From Caldisericaceae bacterium (GTDB lineage: Bacteria; Caldisericota; Caldisericia; Caldisericales; Caldisericaceae), in the NCBI GenBank assembly GCA_049967855.1, contig JBMFRX010000001.1, positions 1-64,000 of the forward strand: a DNA stretch of 64,000 nt, written 5' to 3'. Position 1 is the stretch's first letter, and every line of letters begins with the position of its first letter. The position numbers and the translations under genes are program-made. Below are positions 55,147 to 64,000 of the stretch, piece after piece. The notes beneath the pieces were generated by a model. That model searched no databases. It saw only the letters and a list, made by a program, of their open reading frames with translations, and was not told the DNA's origin.

Positions 55147-55911
55147 ATGGCACTAAGTGGAGATTTAAGCGATGTTGACATTAAGACCTTACTAAATTTG
55201 ATTTCGCAAACAAAAGATACCGGTAAGCTTACCATTAAGGATGATTCAAATATTATTAATATTTACTTTAAGGGCGGACATCCTGTGAATGGTGACGGGG
55301 ACAAGACGCCTGTGTCTTCGATCGAAAAAGCTCTCTCCTTTGACAAGGGCTCTTTTGAGTTTGTAAAGATGGACAATGTGCATGAGTCTCCTGAAGCAGG
55401 TAAGATTATGGAAAGTATTGCCAAAATAGATGCCATACGTGACCAGTGGAAAGCACTTAAATCTAAATTTCCTCATTACAATATTATGCTCAATATTGCT
55501 GAAGCCAAAGGAGAAGACGTTCATATGACTGCCGAGGATTGGAATATTCTTTCTCTTATAAGAGTTCCGATTAGCCTTTTGGAGCTTGTAAAACAATCAC
55601 CTTATGGAGAGTTGAAGACTCTAACAATACTTTCTGATATTCTTGACAAGAAGCTAATATCCATTACGTTGGTTAGAGATGATGCGCTACTTCCTGAAGA
55701 TGCGATAATTCCTATAAAGGAATCTGGCTATTTTGCTGCGAATGCACCTATCTATGGCGAGCATAATATGGAATTTTACAAGCATATTGATAATAGAAAG
55801 GATTTTGAAACCATCTGTAAGGAAATGAAAATCACCTTTGCAGAGGGAAGAGAGATAATACGTTACTTAACCTCTCAGGGGAAGATATCTGTTAGGAAGA
55901 AGGGAAGGTAA
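55147..55911 (+). CDS. DUF4388 (PatA_N-like) domain protein
   Basis: MALSGDLSD.....LL.LI....TG.L.I......IYF..G pattern; RBS AGGAGG. Confidence 0.75.
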   Translation: MALSGDLSDVDIKTLLNLISQTKDTGKLTIKDDSNIINIYFKGGHPVNGDGDKTPVSSIEKALSFDKGSFEFVKMDNVHESPEAGKIMESIAKIDAIRDQWKALKSKFPHYNIMLNIAEAKGEDVHMTAEDWNILSLIRVPISLLELVKQSPYGELKTLTILSDILDKKLISITLVRDDALLPEDAIIPIKESGYFAANAPIYGEHNMEFYKHIDNRKDFETICKEMKITFAEGREIIRYLTSQGKISVRKKGR

Positions 55912-57043
55912 AAACCTGCATTGCCTGATTTGCAAAGAGCAGCCCGTTAGCCGTTAACCTGATACTATCTTTGCTTTCTGCGATTAGTTTTTGTGATTTC
56001 AGTAGTGCTATTTCAACTTCGAAGTCGCTGTTAATAAGTGTTCCGAAGCGTTCATAGTATCTCTGCTTGCTAACACCTTTAAGCAGTCTCAGCCCCAATA
56101 TTATAAATTCTCCTTTTTGTCTCTTTCCTTTCAGATTTTCACTGAACGTAATTGGTAGCCTGCCTTGGTCAATAAAATCAAAGTACTTTGTGAGGTTCAC
56201 TGTGTTCTTGTGTCTCTTTCTTCCAAAAAATGTTACTGCAGATAAACCAAAACCAACGTAGGGCAAGCCGAACCAGTAAACCAGGTTATGTTCTGAAAAG
56301 CGATTCTGCTTTGCGAAATTTGATATCTCGTACTGTGTAAACCCGTTGTCTTTGAGTATTCTTGCTCCGACCTTGTATTCTCTGCTTATGGTTTGTTCGT
56401 GAGGTAATTGCAAAGAGCTCCTCAATTTGCTGAACTGGGTTCCTCTTTCTATTGTAAGTGAGTAATAGGAAATGTGCTCAGGTTGCAATGCTATTGCCTC
56501 TTGCAGTGAGTACATATCTTCCTCGAAACTCTCATTTGGAAGTCCGAACATCAAATCAATGTTAATATTTTCAAAACCAACTTTCCTGAGAATGTCGAAA
56601 GATTCATAGATTCTTTTAGCATCGTGAATCCTGCCAAGCACTTTGAGCAAGTCATCTTCAAAAGATTGTGCTCCAATGCTAACCCTGTTAACTCCAAGAT
56701 ATCTGTACTCTCTGAATTTTGCTTCGCTCACCGTTTCAGGGTTTGCCTCCAAAGTGAACTCGATTAGACTCGAAAAATCAAAGAAGATTTTGAGTTTTTC
56801 TACAATGGCGCTCAGTTCATTTGGTGCCATAAGGGAGGGCGTTCCGCCACCGATGTAGAGTGTCCTTAGGGGTATCTTTGACTGGGGGAACTGATTGAAG
56901 AATATCTCAATTTCCCTGTTCAAATAACTGACATACTCAGATGAGTTTCCTTTGTATTGAAAAGATGTAAAGTCGCAGTAGTTGCACTTCCTTATGCAGA
57001 ATGGAAAATGCATATAAACTGCAATTCCTCTGTTTTTATTCAC
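55892..57043 (-). CDS. hemW: Radical SAM heme chaperone HemW (HemN-like)
   Basis: HFPFCIRKCNYCDF, GGGTPS, EANP, DLMFGLP, YEISNF, HN..YW. Confidence 0.92.
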   Translation of the reverse strand: MNKNRGIAVYMHFPFCIRKCNYCDFTSFQYKGNSSEYVSYLNREIEIFFNQFPQSKIPLRTLYIGGGTPSLMAPNELSAIVEKLKIFFDFSSLIEFTLEANPETVSEAKFREYRYLGVNRVSIGAQSFEDDLLKVLGRIHDAKRIYESFDILRKVGFENINIDLMFGLPNESFEEDMYSLQEAIALQPEHISYYSLTIERGTQFSKLRSSLQLPHEQTISREYKVGARILKDNGFTQYEISNFAKQNRFSEHNLVYWFGLPYVGFGLSAVTFFGRKRHKNTVNLTKYFDFIDQGRLPITFSENLKGKRQKGEFIILGLRLLKGVSKQRYYERFGTLINSDFEVEIALLKSQKLIAESKDSIRLTANGLLFANQAMQVFTFPSS

Positions 57044-57053
57044 TCGTGTCTTT

Positions 57054-58865
57054 TCAGTCTTTTTTTTCGCCTTTAGTCGACAATATAGAGAAGAAAGCCT
57101 CTTGAGGGATGCTAACTTCGCCGATTTGCTTCATCCGTTTCTTTCCTTCTTTCTGTTTCTCTAATAGCTTTCTCTTTCGCGTCACATCGCCGCCATAACA
57201 CTTTGCAAGAACATCTTTCCTGAATGGGACGACACGTTCCTTTGCTATTATTTTTGCTCCAATTGCAGCCTGCAGACTTACTTCAAACATCTGTCTTGGT
57301 ATTACCTTTCTCATTCGCTCAAGTATTTTTCTTCCGGTTTCTGTGGCTTTATCTCTGTGGGACATAAAAGAAAGTGCGTCAACTGGCTTTTTGTTTATCA
57401 GGACGTCAACTTTTACTATATCTGCTGCCTTGAAGCCTCTCAGTTCGTAATCAAGTGTGCCATAGCCTTTTGTAACAGATTTCAGCTTGTCAAAAAAATC
57501 TGTTACAATTTCAGCAAGAGGCACTTCAAATTTAATGATAGTTCTTTTTGATTCCGGGTAGACCATTTCTTTGTAGGTTGCCCTTCTTGTATTGAGCAAA
57601 TCCATCACGTTCCCTATGAACTCAGGAGGAGTCATAATTGATGCCTCAACAATCGGCTCTCTTATTTCGATTATATTGTTTTCTTCGGGAAATTTCCCTG
57701 GGTTATCTATTATTACAGTTTTTCCGTTTTTAAGAACAACTTCATACTCTACGTTGGGGAAGGTTGCAATGATTTCCTGTCCAAATTCAAGCTTGAGTCT
57801 TTCGACAGTAATTTCCATATGCAGGAGTCCTGAAAAGCCACACCTAAACCCGAAACCAAGCGCATCAGAGCTTTCTGGCTCGAAAGTGAAGGCTGGGTCG
57901 TTCAAATGGAGCTTCTCCAGAGATTTCTTTAGATTTTCAAATTCATTTGTGTTTATGGGGAAAATACCTGCAAATACCATTGGAATATTTTTTCTGAAAC
58001 CAGGAATCGGTACTCTTGCGGGATTCTCTGTTGTAGTTACCGTATCGCCAATATGAACATCAAGAGGATCTCTTATGATTGCGGTAAAGTAGCCTACTTC
58101 ACCTGCAGAGAGCTCATTAACTTCTTCCATTCGCAATTTGAAAACGCCAACTTCTTCCACCTCGAATTCCTTGCCTTGCGACATAAATTTTACTTTTTGA
58201 TGCGGCTGGATGATACCATCTTTTATACGGGTGTACACGACCACACCCTTGTATGTGTCAAAATGGGAGTCGAAAACCAATCCTCTTAAAGGCTCTCTGG
58301 TGCTGCCATCAGGAGGGGGAATCCTCTCAATGATTGCTTCAATTAAATCGTCTAGTCCTTCCCCACTCTTTGCACTAATTTTCAGGATTTCATCCTTTTT
58401 GAAACCAAGTATTTCAGATATTTCATCCTCTGTTCCTGAAATGTCGGCGTCTTTTACGTCTATTTTGTTGATGACTGGGATAATGGCCAGGTCATTTTCA
58501 ATCGCAAGGTAGGTGTTGGCAATTGTTTGAGCTTCTACCCCCTGAGTAGCATCAACAAGGAGCACGGTGCCCTCGCATGCTTTTAAGCTTCTTGATACCT
58601 CGTAATTAAAGTCAACGTGGCCTGGGGTATCTATCAAATTGAACTGGTAGACAGTTCTATCTCTGGCCTTGATTGATAGAGTTACTGGATGTGAGCGTAT
58701 TGTAATTCCTCTTTCTTTCTCCAGTTTCATACTATCGAGTACCTGGCCCTGAGTCGACGAGAAAAGAAGGCCGCCTCTCTCAAGAAATCTATCTGCAAGT
58801 GTAGATTTGCCGTGGTCAATGTGTGCAATAATTGAAAAGTTTCTTATAAGGTTATTTTGCTGCAA
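57054..58865 (-). CDS. lepA: Translation elongation factor 4
   Basis: NFSIIAHIDHGKSTLADR, DTPGH, GFRCGF.GLLHM, KCYGGDVTRKRKLLEKQK.GK. Confidence 0.98.
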   Translation of the reverse strand: MQQNNLIRNFSIIAHIDHGKSTLADRFLERGGLLFSSTQGQVLDSMKLEKERGITIRSHPVTLSIKARDRTVYQFNLIDTPGHVDFNYEVSRSLKACEGTVLLVDATQGVEAQTIANTYLAIENDLAIIPVINKIDVKDADISGTEDEISEILGFKKDEILKISAKSGEGLDDLIEAIIERIPPPDGSTREPLRGLVFDSHFDTYKGVVVYTRIKDGIIQPHQKVKFMSQGKEFEVEEVGVFKLRMEEVNELSAGEVGYFTAIIRDPLDVHIGDTVTTTENPARVPIPGFRKNIPMVFAGIFPINTNEFENLKKSLEKLHLNDPAFTFEPESSDALGFGFRCGFSGLLHMEITVERLKLEFGQEIIATFPNVEYEVVLKNGKTVIIDNPGKFPEENNIIEIREPIVEASIMTPPEFIGNVMDLLNTRRATYKEMVYPESKRTIIKFEVPLAEIVTDFFDKLKSVTKGYGTLDYELRGFKAADIVKVDVLINKKPVDALSFMSHRDKATETGRKILERMRKVIPRQMFEVSLQAAIGAKIIAKERVVPFRKDVLAKCYGGDVTRKRKLLEKQKEGKKRMKQIGEVSIPQEAFFSILSTKGEKKD

Positions 58866-61308
58866 CAGTAATTTTCTCCTTCTCTACGGTTATTCTGTCT
58901 TCTTGGGGGTTAAAATCAATCACTACGGTATCTCCTTCTTTGAAATTACCTGAAAGAATCTCTATTGCAATGGTATCCTCAACCTCTTTCTCTATAAGTC
59001 TTTGCAAAGGACGGGCTCCGTACTCCGTGCTGTAACCCTTTCTTGCAAGATAATCTTTTGCCTTCTCTGTTAAATTTATCCTGATGTCATTTTCAGAAGC
59101 ATTTTTCTGAACCTTACTCATCAGTACATCAACTATCTGCTTAATCTCATCCATTGTAAGTGGGTAGAAAACAATTATGTCATCAAGGCGGTTAAGAAAT
59201 TCTGGTTTGAATATTCCCTTAAGAGAGGCAATAAGCTTCTTCTTTTTTTCCTCGAAAGACCGTTCACCCTCTGAAAGCTCGAATCCCATAGATTTTTCTT
59301 TGAACGATTCTGTGCCGAAATTTGACGTGAGTATGATAACGGTGTTTTTGAAATCAACTGTCCTGCCTTGTGAGTCAGTAAGTCTGCCTTCATCCATTAT
59401 CTGCAAGAGTATGTCGTAAATGTCTGGATGGGCTTTTTCAATTTCATCAAATAGCACCACAGAATAAGGCTTTCTTCTTACGGCTTCGGTGAGTTGGCCA
59501 CCCTCTTCGTAGCCAACGTATCCTGGCGGAGAGCCAATCAACCTTGAAACAGCAAACTTTTCCATATATTCAGACATATCAAGTCTTATCATTGTTGTCT
59601 CATTACCAAACATAAATTCTGCAAGAGTTTTTGCAAGTTCTGTTTTACCTACACCAGTAGGACCGAGAAAAAGGAAAGTACCAATCGGTTTGCTCGGATT
59701 CTTTAACCCTGAGCGAGCTCTTCTTATAGCCCTTGATACGGCAGCAACTGCTTCATTCTGGCCAATAATCCTCTTGTGTAATTCAGATTCCATATTTACG
59801 AGCCTTGACTTTTCATCCTGAACGAGCTTTTCAATTGGTACTTTTGTCCAGAGAGATACCACTCTCCTGACATTTTCTTCTGTCAATTGAGGGTACTCTT
59901 CATTAGTCTCAGACATAAGTTCCTTTAGTTTACCGAGAAGGTCTTTTTCTTCTTGCCGCAGTTTTTCAGCTTCAAAGAGTTTTTTGTCTCTAATTGCCTG
60001 GAATTTTTCCTCTTTTATTTCTCTTATTCTTTTTTCAATTGCACGTGTTTCAGAGGTTTTCGAAAGCCTGAGCTTCAAACGTGCAGCAGCTTCGTCAATT
60101 ACATCAATCGCTTTATCTGGAAGGAATCTGTCGTTTATGTACTTTACAGAAAGTTTTACGGCGCTTTCAATTGCTTCGTCGGTGATTCTTACTCCATGGA
60201 ATTTCTCATATTTTTCTCTTATGCCTTTTAAAATTTCAATGCTTTCCTGGATTGAAGGTTCATTAACGAAAATTGGCTGGAACCTCCTTTCAAGGGCAGC
60301 ATCCTTTTCTATGTATTTTCTGTATTCTTTTAGTGTTGTTGCGCCAATTACCTGTACTTCTCCGTTTGTGAGTGATGGCTTGAGAATATTAGATGCGTCA
60401 ATTGCTCCCTCTGCTGCACCAGCACCAACGATTGTGTGGAATTCATCAATGAAGAGTATTACGCTACCCTGTGTCTTTGAGACTTCTTTAAGGATTTTCT
60501 TCATTCTTTCTTCGAATTCTCCCCTATACTTTGTTCCAGCAATAATGGAGGCAAGGTCAAGGGAAACAATCCTTTTTCCTTTCAAAAGGTCAGGGACATC
60601 TCCTTCGGCAATTCTCTCTGCAAGCCCTTCAACGATTGAAGTTTTCCCAACTCCTGGGTCTCCCACAATTGCGGGGTTATTCTTTTTTCGTCTGAGCAAA
60701 ATCTCGATTACCCTTTCTATTTCTGCATCTCTTCCGATAACAGGGTCAAGTTCTTTTCTTGAGGCCATAAGTGTCAAATCACGTGAAAATTGGTCAAGCG
60801 TAGGGGTTTTTGTCTGGGTAAAAGATGTGAACCCTTTGTTAGGTTCTTTTGAGGTCTTTTCTCCAATCATTGAATAGATTGATTCCTCGAATTTGGCAAG
60901 GTCAATTCCATTGTCGGTGAGGATTTTGATTGCAACTCCGCCTCCCTCGTGTATTATTGCAAGCAGAATGTGCTCTGTGCTTATATAAGTGTCTCCAAGG
61001 TTAACGGCTTCTCTTTCTGCCAGTTCCAAAACTCTCTTTGCCCTGGGAGTGAGAATCACTTCCTCTTCCTTATACGAATCTGCGGCATTATGTTTCTGCT
61101 CTTTTATGAAGGACTCTATTTGTGTAATAATTTCTTCTGGATCAACTCCCATATTTTCAATGACTTTATATGCAACTCCTTCCTCGATTTTTATGAGACC
61201 AAGCAGGAGGTGTTCAGTGCCAAGATAATCGTTTCTAAGGCTGTGGGCTTCCTCTTGGGCAATAAGGATTGCTCTTTGGGCCCTTTCAGTTAAATTGTTC
61301 CAGTTCAT
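58852..61308 (-). CDS. clpC: ATP-dependent Clp protease ATP-binding subunit
   Basis: Two Clp_N repeats (TEHLLL, TEHILL), GDPGVGKT, short M domain, GPTGVGKT, MGF loop, YGARPL. Confidence 0.95.
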   Translation of the reverse strand: MNWNNLTERAQRAILIAQEEAHSLRNDYLGTEHLLLGLIKIEEGVAYKVIENMGVDPEEIITQIESFIKEQKHNAADSYKEEEVILTPRAKRVLELAEREAVNLGDTYISTEHILLAIIHEGGGVAIKILTDNGIDLAKFEESIYSMIGEKTSKEPNKGFTSFTQTKTPTLDQFSRDLTLMASRKELDPVIGRDAEIERVIEILLRRKKNNPAIVGDPGVGKTSIVEGLAERIAEGDVPDLLKGKRIVSLDLASIIAGTKYRGEFEERMKKILKEVSKTQGSVILFIDEFHTIVGAGAAEGAIDASNILKPSLTNGEVQVIGATTLKEYRKYIEKDAALERRFQPIFVNEPSIQESIEILKGIREKYEKFHGVRITDEAIESAVKLSVKYINDRFLPDKAIDVIDEAAARLKLRLSKTSETRAIEKRIREIKEEKFQAIRDKKLFEAEKLRQEEKDLLGKLKELMSETNEEYPQLTEENVRRVVSLWTKVPIEKLVQDEKSRLVNMESELHKRIIGQNEAVAAVSRAIRRARSGLKNPSKPIGTFLFLGPTGVGKTELAKTLAEFMFGNETTMIRLDMSEYMEKFAVSRLIGSPPGYVGYEEGGQLTEAVRRKPYSVVLFDEIEKAHPDIYDILLQIMDEGRLTDSQGRTVDFKNTVIILTSNFGTESFKEKSMGFELSEGERSFEEKKKKLIASLKGIFKPEFLNRLDDIIVFYPLTMDEIKQIVDVLMSKVQKNASENDIRINLTEKAKDYLARKGYSTEYGARPLQRLIEKEVEDTIAIEILSGNFKEGDTVVIDFNPQEDRITVEKEKITVAAK

Positions 61309-61438
61309 ATCATCATCTCCTATACTATTTTAGCATAATTTGACTAACTTGGAAATACAAAGCTTTATTATGGTTTGCTTGGCTTTTATTTTAAGCTTTT
61401 TATGGTAAAATATAAAAGCGATAATCCAAGGAGGAAAA

Positions 61439-63346
61439 ATGATTAATGACGAATATAATGCAAGTAGCTTAAAAGTGCTTGAAGGCCTCGAACATGTTCG
61501 CAAGAGACCATCAATGTATATAGGTTCAACTGGCGAAAGCGGTTTGCACCATTTAGTTTTTGAAGTTGTTGATAATAGCATCGACGAGGCTATGGCTGGC
61601 TTCTGCACAGAAATCGCCGTATCAATGAATAAAGACGGTACAGTTACAGTCAAGGACAATGGAAGAGGAATACCAACTGACCTTCACCCGCAGTTAAATA
61701 TATCGGGAGTTGAAGTTGCCTTGACAAAACTCAATGCAGGTGGCAAATTTGATAACAAAGTCTATCATGTCTCAGGAGGGCTGCATGGAGTTGGAGTCTC
61801 AGTAGTAAATGCTCTCTCGGAGCATCTTGTTGTAAGGGTGACAAGAGATGGGCATGTGTATATACAAGAGTTTGCGAGGGGGATACCTGTGTATCCTTTG
61901 AAAATGGAAGATATTGCTCCAGCTGGTGCTCAAGGAACAGAGATTACTTTTAAGCCAGACAATGAGATTTTTGAGTCAATTGAATTTAAAGATTCTATAA
62001 TAAAGCCCAAGCTTAGAGAGCTTGCTTATTTGAACCGCGGCATAAAGATCAAGTTTGTAAATGAGTATACTGGGCAAGAAGAGCTATTTTTTTCTGAAGA
62101 CGGCATTAAGGGTTTTGTTAGAGAACTCAACGAAGGGTCTCAAGTGATGCCTCAGGAACCCATTTATTTTTCTGGGCAAGAAGAGGAGTTTTTTCTTGAG
62201 GTAGCGCTTCAGTACAACAGTGGCTTTGCGTCAAATGTACTTTCTTTTGTTAACAACATTCACACAATTGAGGGTGGAACTCATGACATAGGATTTAAGA
62301 CCGCAATTACAAAGGTAGTTAATGACGAAGCGCACGAGTTAAATCTGTTGAAAGAAGACGACCTTCTTACTGGAGATGATGTAAGAGAAGGGCTCGTTGC
62401 CGTTATAAATGTGAGGATGCTTAACCCGCAATTTGAAGGGCAGACTAAAGCTAAATTGGGAAATAGCGAAGCGAAGGGAATTGTTGCAAATATCACAAAA
62501 ACCCAACTTACTACTTATTTTGATAAACATCCAGGTGAATTAAAGGACATACTGAAGAAAGCACTGCTTGCACAAAATGCACGCATAGCTGCAAGGAAAG
62601 CAAAAGAGCTTATCAGAAGGAAAGGAGCATTGGATTTTTCTGGAAGGCTTCCTGGGAAACTCGCTGATTGTTCTGCTAACGATCCGTCGCAGGCAGAAAT
62701 TTACATCGTGGAAGGAGAGTCCGCTGGTGGAAGCGCCAAGCAGGCTCGTGACAGGAAATTTCAAGCAGTGTTGCCTTTGAGAGGAAAGATACTGAATGTG
62801 GAGAAAGTGAATATGGCACATGCTCTCGAAAGCGAGGAAATTAAAAATCTCATCACTTCCCTCGGTTGTGGTATCAAAGAGGATTTCAAGACAGAGAACC
62901 TTAGATACCATAAGGTTGTGATTATGACAGATGCCGATGTTGACGGTGCGCACATAAGAATTTTGCTTCTCACTTTCTTCTTCAGGTATATGAGAGAATT
63001 GATTACAGAGGGTTATTTGTATATCGCACAGCCGCCTCTCTACAGAATTGGTTATGGCAAGGCAATTAACTATGCGTATTCCGACGAGGAGCTGAAGAGA
63101 GTTATTGACAAATTGGCTGATCCATCAAAGGCGGACATACAGCGCTACAAAGGTTTAGGCGAAATGGATCCAGAACAGCTTTGGGAAACTACTATGGACC
63201 CTTCGAGAAGAGTTATACTCAGAGTTAATATAAGTGATGCCGAGGAGGCAAACAGGATTTTTGATCTCCTTATGGGCAGCAATGTCGAACCGCGAAGAAA
63301 ATTCATCGAAGAGCATGCGCGGGAAGTTGTAAATCTTGATATTTGA
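61439..63346 (+). CDS. gyrB: DNA gyrase subunit B
   Basis: VRKRPSMYIG, EVVDNSIDE, GGLHGVG, VEGESAGG, PLRGK, TDADVDG, QRYKGLGEM. Confidence 0.96.
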   Translation: MINDEYNASSLKVLEGLEHVRKRPSMYIGSTGESGLHHLVFEVVDNSIDEAMAGFCTEIAVSMNKDGTVTVKDNGRGIPTDLHPQLNISGVEVALTKLNAGGKFDNKVYHVSGGLHGVGVSVVNALSEHLVVRVTRDGHVYIQEFARGIPVYPLKMEDIAPAGAQGTEITFKPDNEIFESIEFKDSIIKPKLRELAYLNRGIKIKFVNEYTGQEELFFSEDGIKGFVRELNEGSQVMPQEPIYFSGQEEEFFLEVALQYNSGFASNVLSFVNNIHTIEGGTHDIGFKTAITKVVNDEAHELNLLKEDDLLTGDDVREGLVAVINVRMLNPQFEGQTKAKLGNSEAKGIVANITKTQLTTYFDKHPGELKDILKKALLAQNARIAARKAKELIRRKGALDFSGRLPGKLADCSANDPSQAEIYIVEGESAGGSAKQARDRKFQAVLPLRGKILNVEKVNMAHALESEEIKNLITSLGCGIKEDFKTENLRYHKVVIMTDADVDGAHIRILLLTFFFRYMRELITEGYLYIAQPPLYRIGYGKAINYAYSDEELKRVIDKLADPSKADIQRYKGLGEMDPEQLWETTMDPSRRVILRVNISDAEEANRIFDLLMGSNVEPRRKFIEEHAREVVNLDI

Positions 63347-63354
63347 GGTGATTA

Positions 63355-64000
63355 ATGTCTGATCTATTTGGAGAAAAGGTGCTGAATGCCCCTCTTGAAG
63401 AGGAAGTTCAGAAGTCGTTTATAGATTATTCAGTAAGTGTAATTATTGGGAGGGCTTTGCCCGATATAAGAGACGGGCTCAAACCAGTTCATCGCAGGAT
63501 TCTTTATTCGATGAATGAGCTGGGATGCTATCCCAACAGGCCTTATAAGAAATGCGCAAGAATTGTTGGAGAAGTACTTGGCAAATATCATCCTCATGGT
63601 GATGCTTCAGTTTATGATGCTCTGGTGAGAATGGCGCAGTCTTTTTCATTGCGTTACCCAATTGTTGATGGCCACGGAAACTTTGGTTCAATTGATGGTG
63701 ATGTACCTGCTGCAATGAGGTACACAGAGGCGCGTCTTTCTCCTATAGCTCTCGAGCTTTTGTCAGGACTTGATGAAGATACTGTCGATTTTATACCGAA
63801 TTTTGACAATACACTTAAGGAACCAGTTGTTTTGCCCGCAAGGATACCTAACCTATTAATAAATGGCTCTTCTGGCATTGCAGTTGGTATGGCTACAAAC
63901 ATCCCGCCACACAATCTTAAAGAAGTCATTGATGGTTTACTGTTCATAATTGATAAGGAAATACTAGGAGGGAACGAGGTTGATGGTTCTGAGCTTTCAA
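63355..64000 (+). CDS. gyrA: DNA gyrase subunit A, truncated by the window end
   Basis: Manual translation MSDLFG...[17 protein letters not shown]...[14 protein letters not shown]...AAMRYTE...[14 protein letters not shown]; not in the ORF track because no stop falls in the window. Confidence 0.95.
   Translation, partial: MSDLFGEKVLNAPLEEEVQKSFIDYSVSVIIGRALPDIRDGLKPVHRRILYSMNELGCYPNRPYKKCARIVGEVLGKYHPHGDASVYDALVRMAQSFSLRYPIVDGHGNFGSIDGDVPAAMRYTEARLSPIALELLSGLDEDTVDFIPNFDNTLKEPVVLPARIPNLLINGSSGIAVGMATNIPPHNLKEVIDGLLFIIDKEILGGNEVDGSELS

Noticed and set aside
59984..60877. 297-aa plus-strand ORF
   Set aside because: Antisense shadow of the conserved clpC AAA domain; no RBS and no recognisable motifs.
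61325..61350. Possible CtsR box upstream of clpC (AGTCAAA)
   Set aside because: Only one heptad matches; the second repeat is missing and no ctsR/mcsAB genes are adjacent.

Overview
A gene-dense, AT-rich window of bacterial chromosome, mostly core genes. The organism is probably an anaerobic, possibly thermophilic, deep-branching bacterium; the divergent 16S and gene content recall Caldisericota, but that is an unverified impression. Contents: one complete tRNA-less rRNA operon (16S-23S-5S, about 29990-34860); housekeeping genes (ileS type 2, lspA-rluA-smpB-amidase-murI, clpC-lepA-hemW, gyrB and partial gyrA, acpS-nnr, queH, comM, ktrAB, ahcY); histidine catabolism genes (hutU and hutH, unlinked); a molybdo-hydroxylase/deaminase/nucleoside-ABC cluster; a maltodextrin ABC-GH15 operon; a branched-chain polyamine synthase; and a decayed IS transposase. 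No CRISPR array, prophage or tRNA was seen. Three genes (ptb, acpS, ktrB) are broken by 1-2 nt deletions in short repeats, which may be assembly errors. Most interesting observations: (1) an in-frame UGA followed by a SECIS-like hairpin in an MBL-fold hydrolase coupled to a PAS protein (candidate new selenoprotein); (2) an unannotated minus-strand sRNA candidate with an anti-Shine-Dalgarno loop under a Pho-box-like repeat array; (3) a proteasome-beta-like Ntn-fold protein downstream of ahcY; (4) an IleRS2 with the non-canonical GVHH motif; (5) altered conserved positions in 16S rRNA and SmpB. All calls come from reading motifs by eye; no database searches were run.
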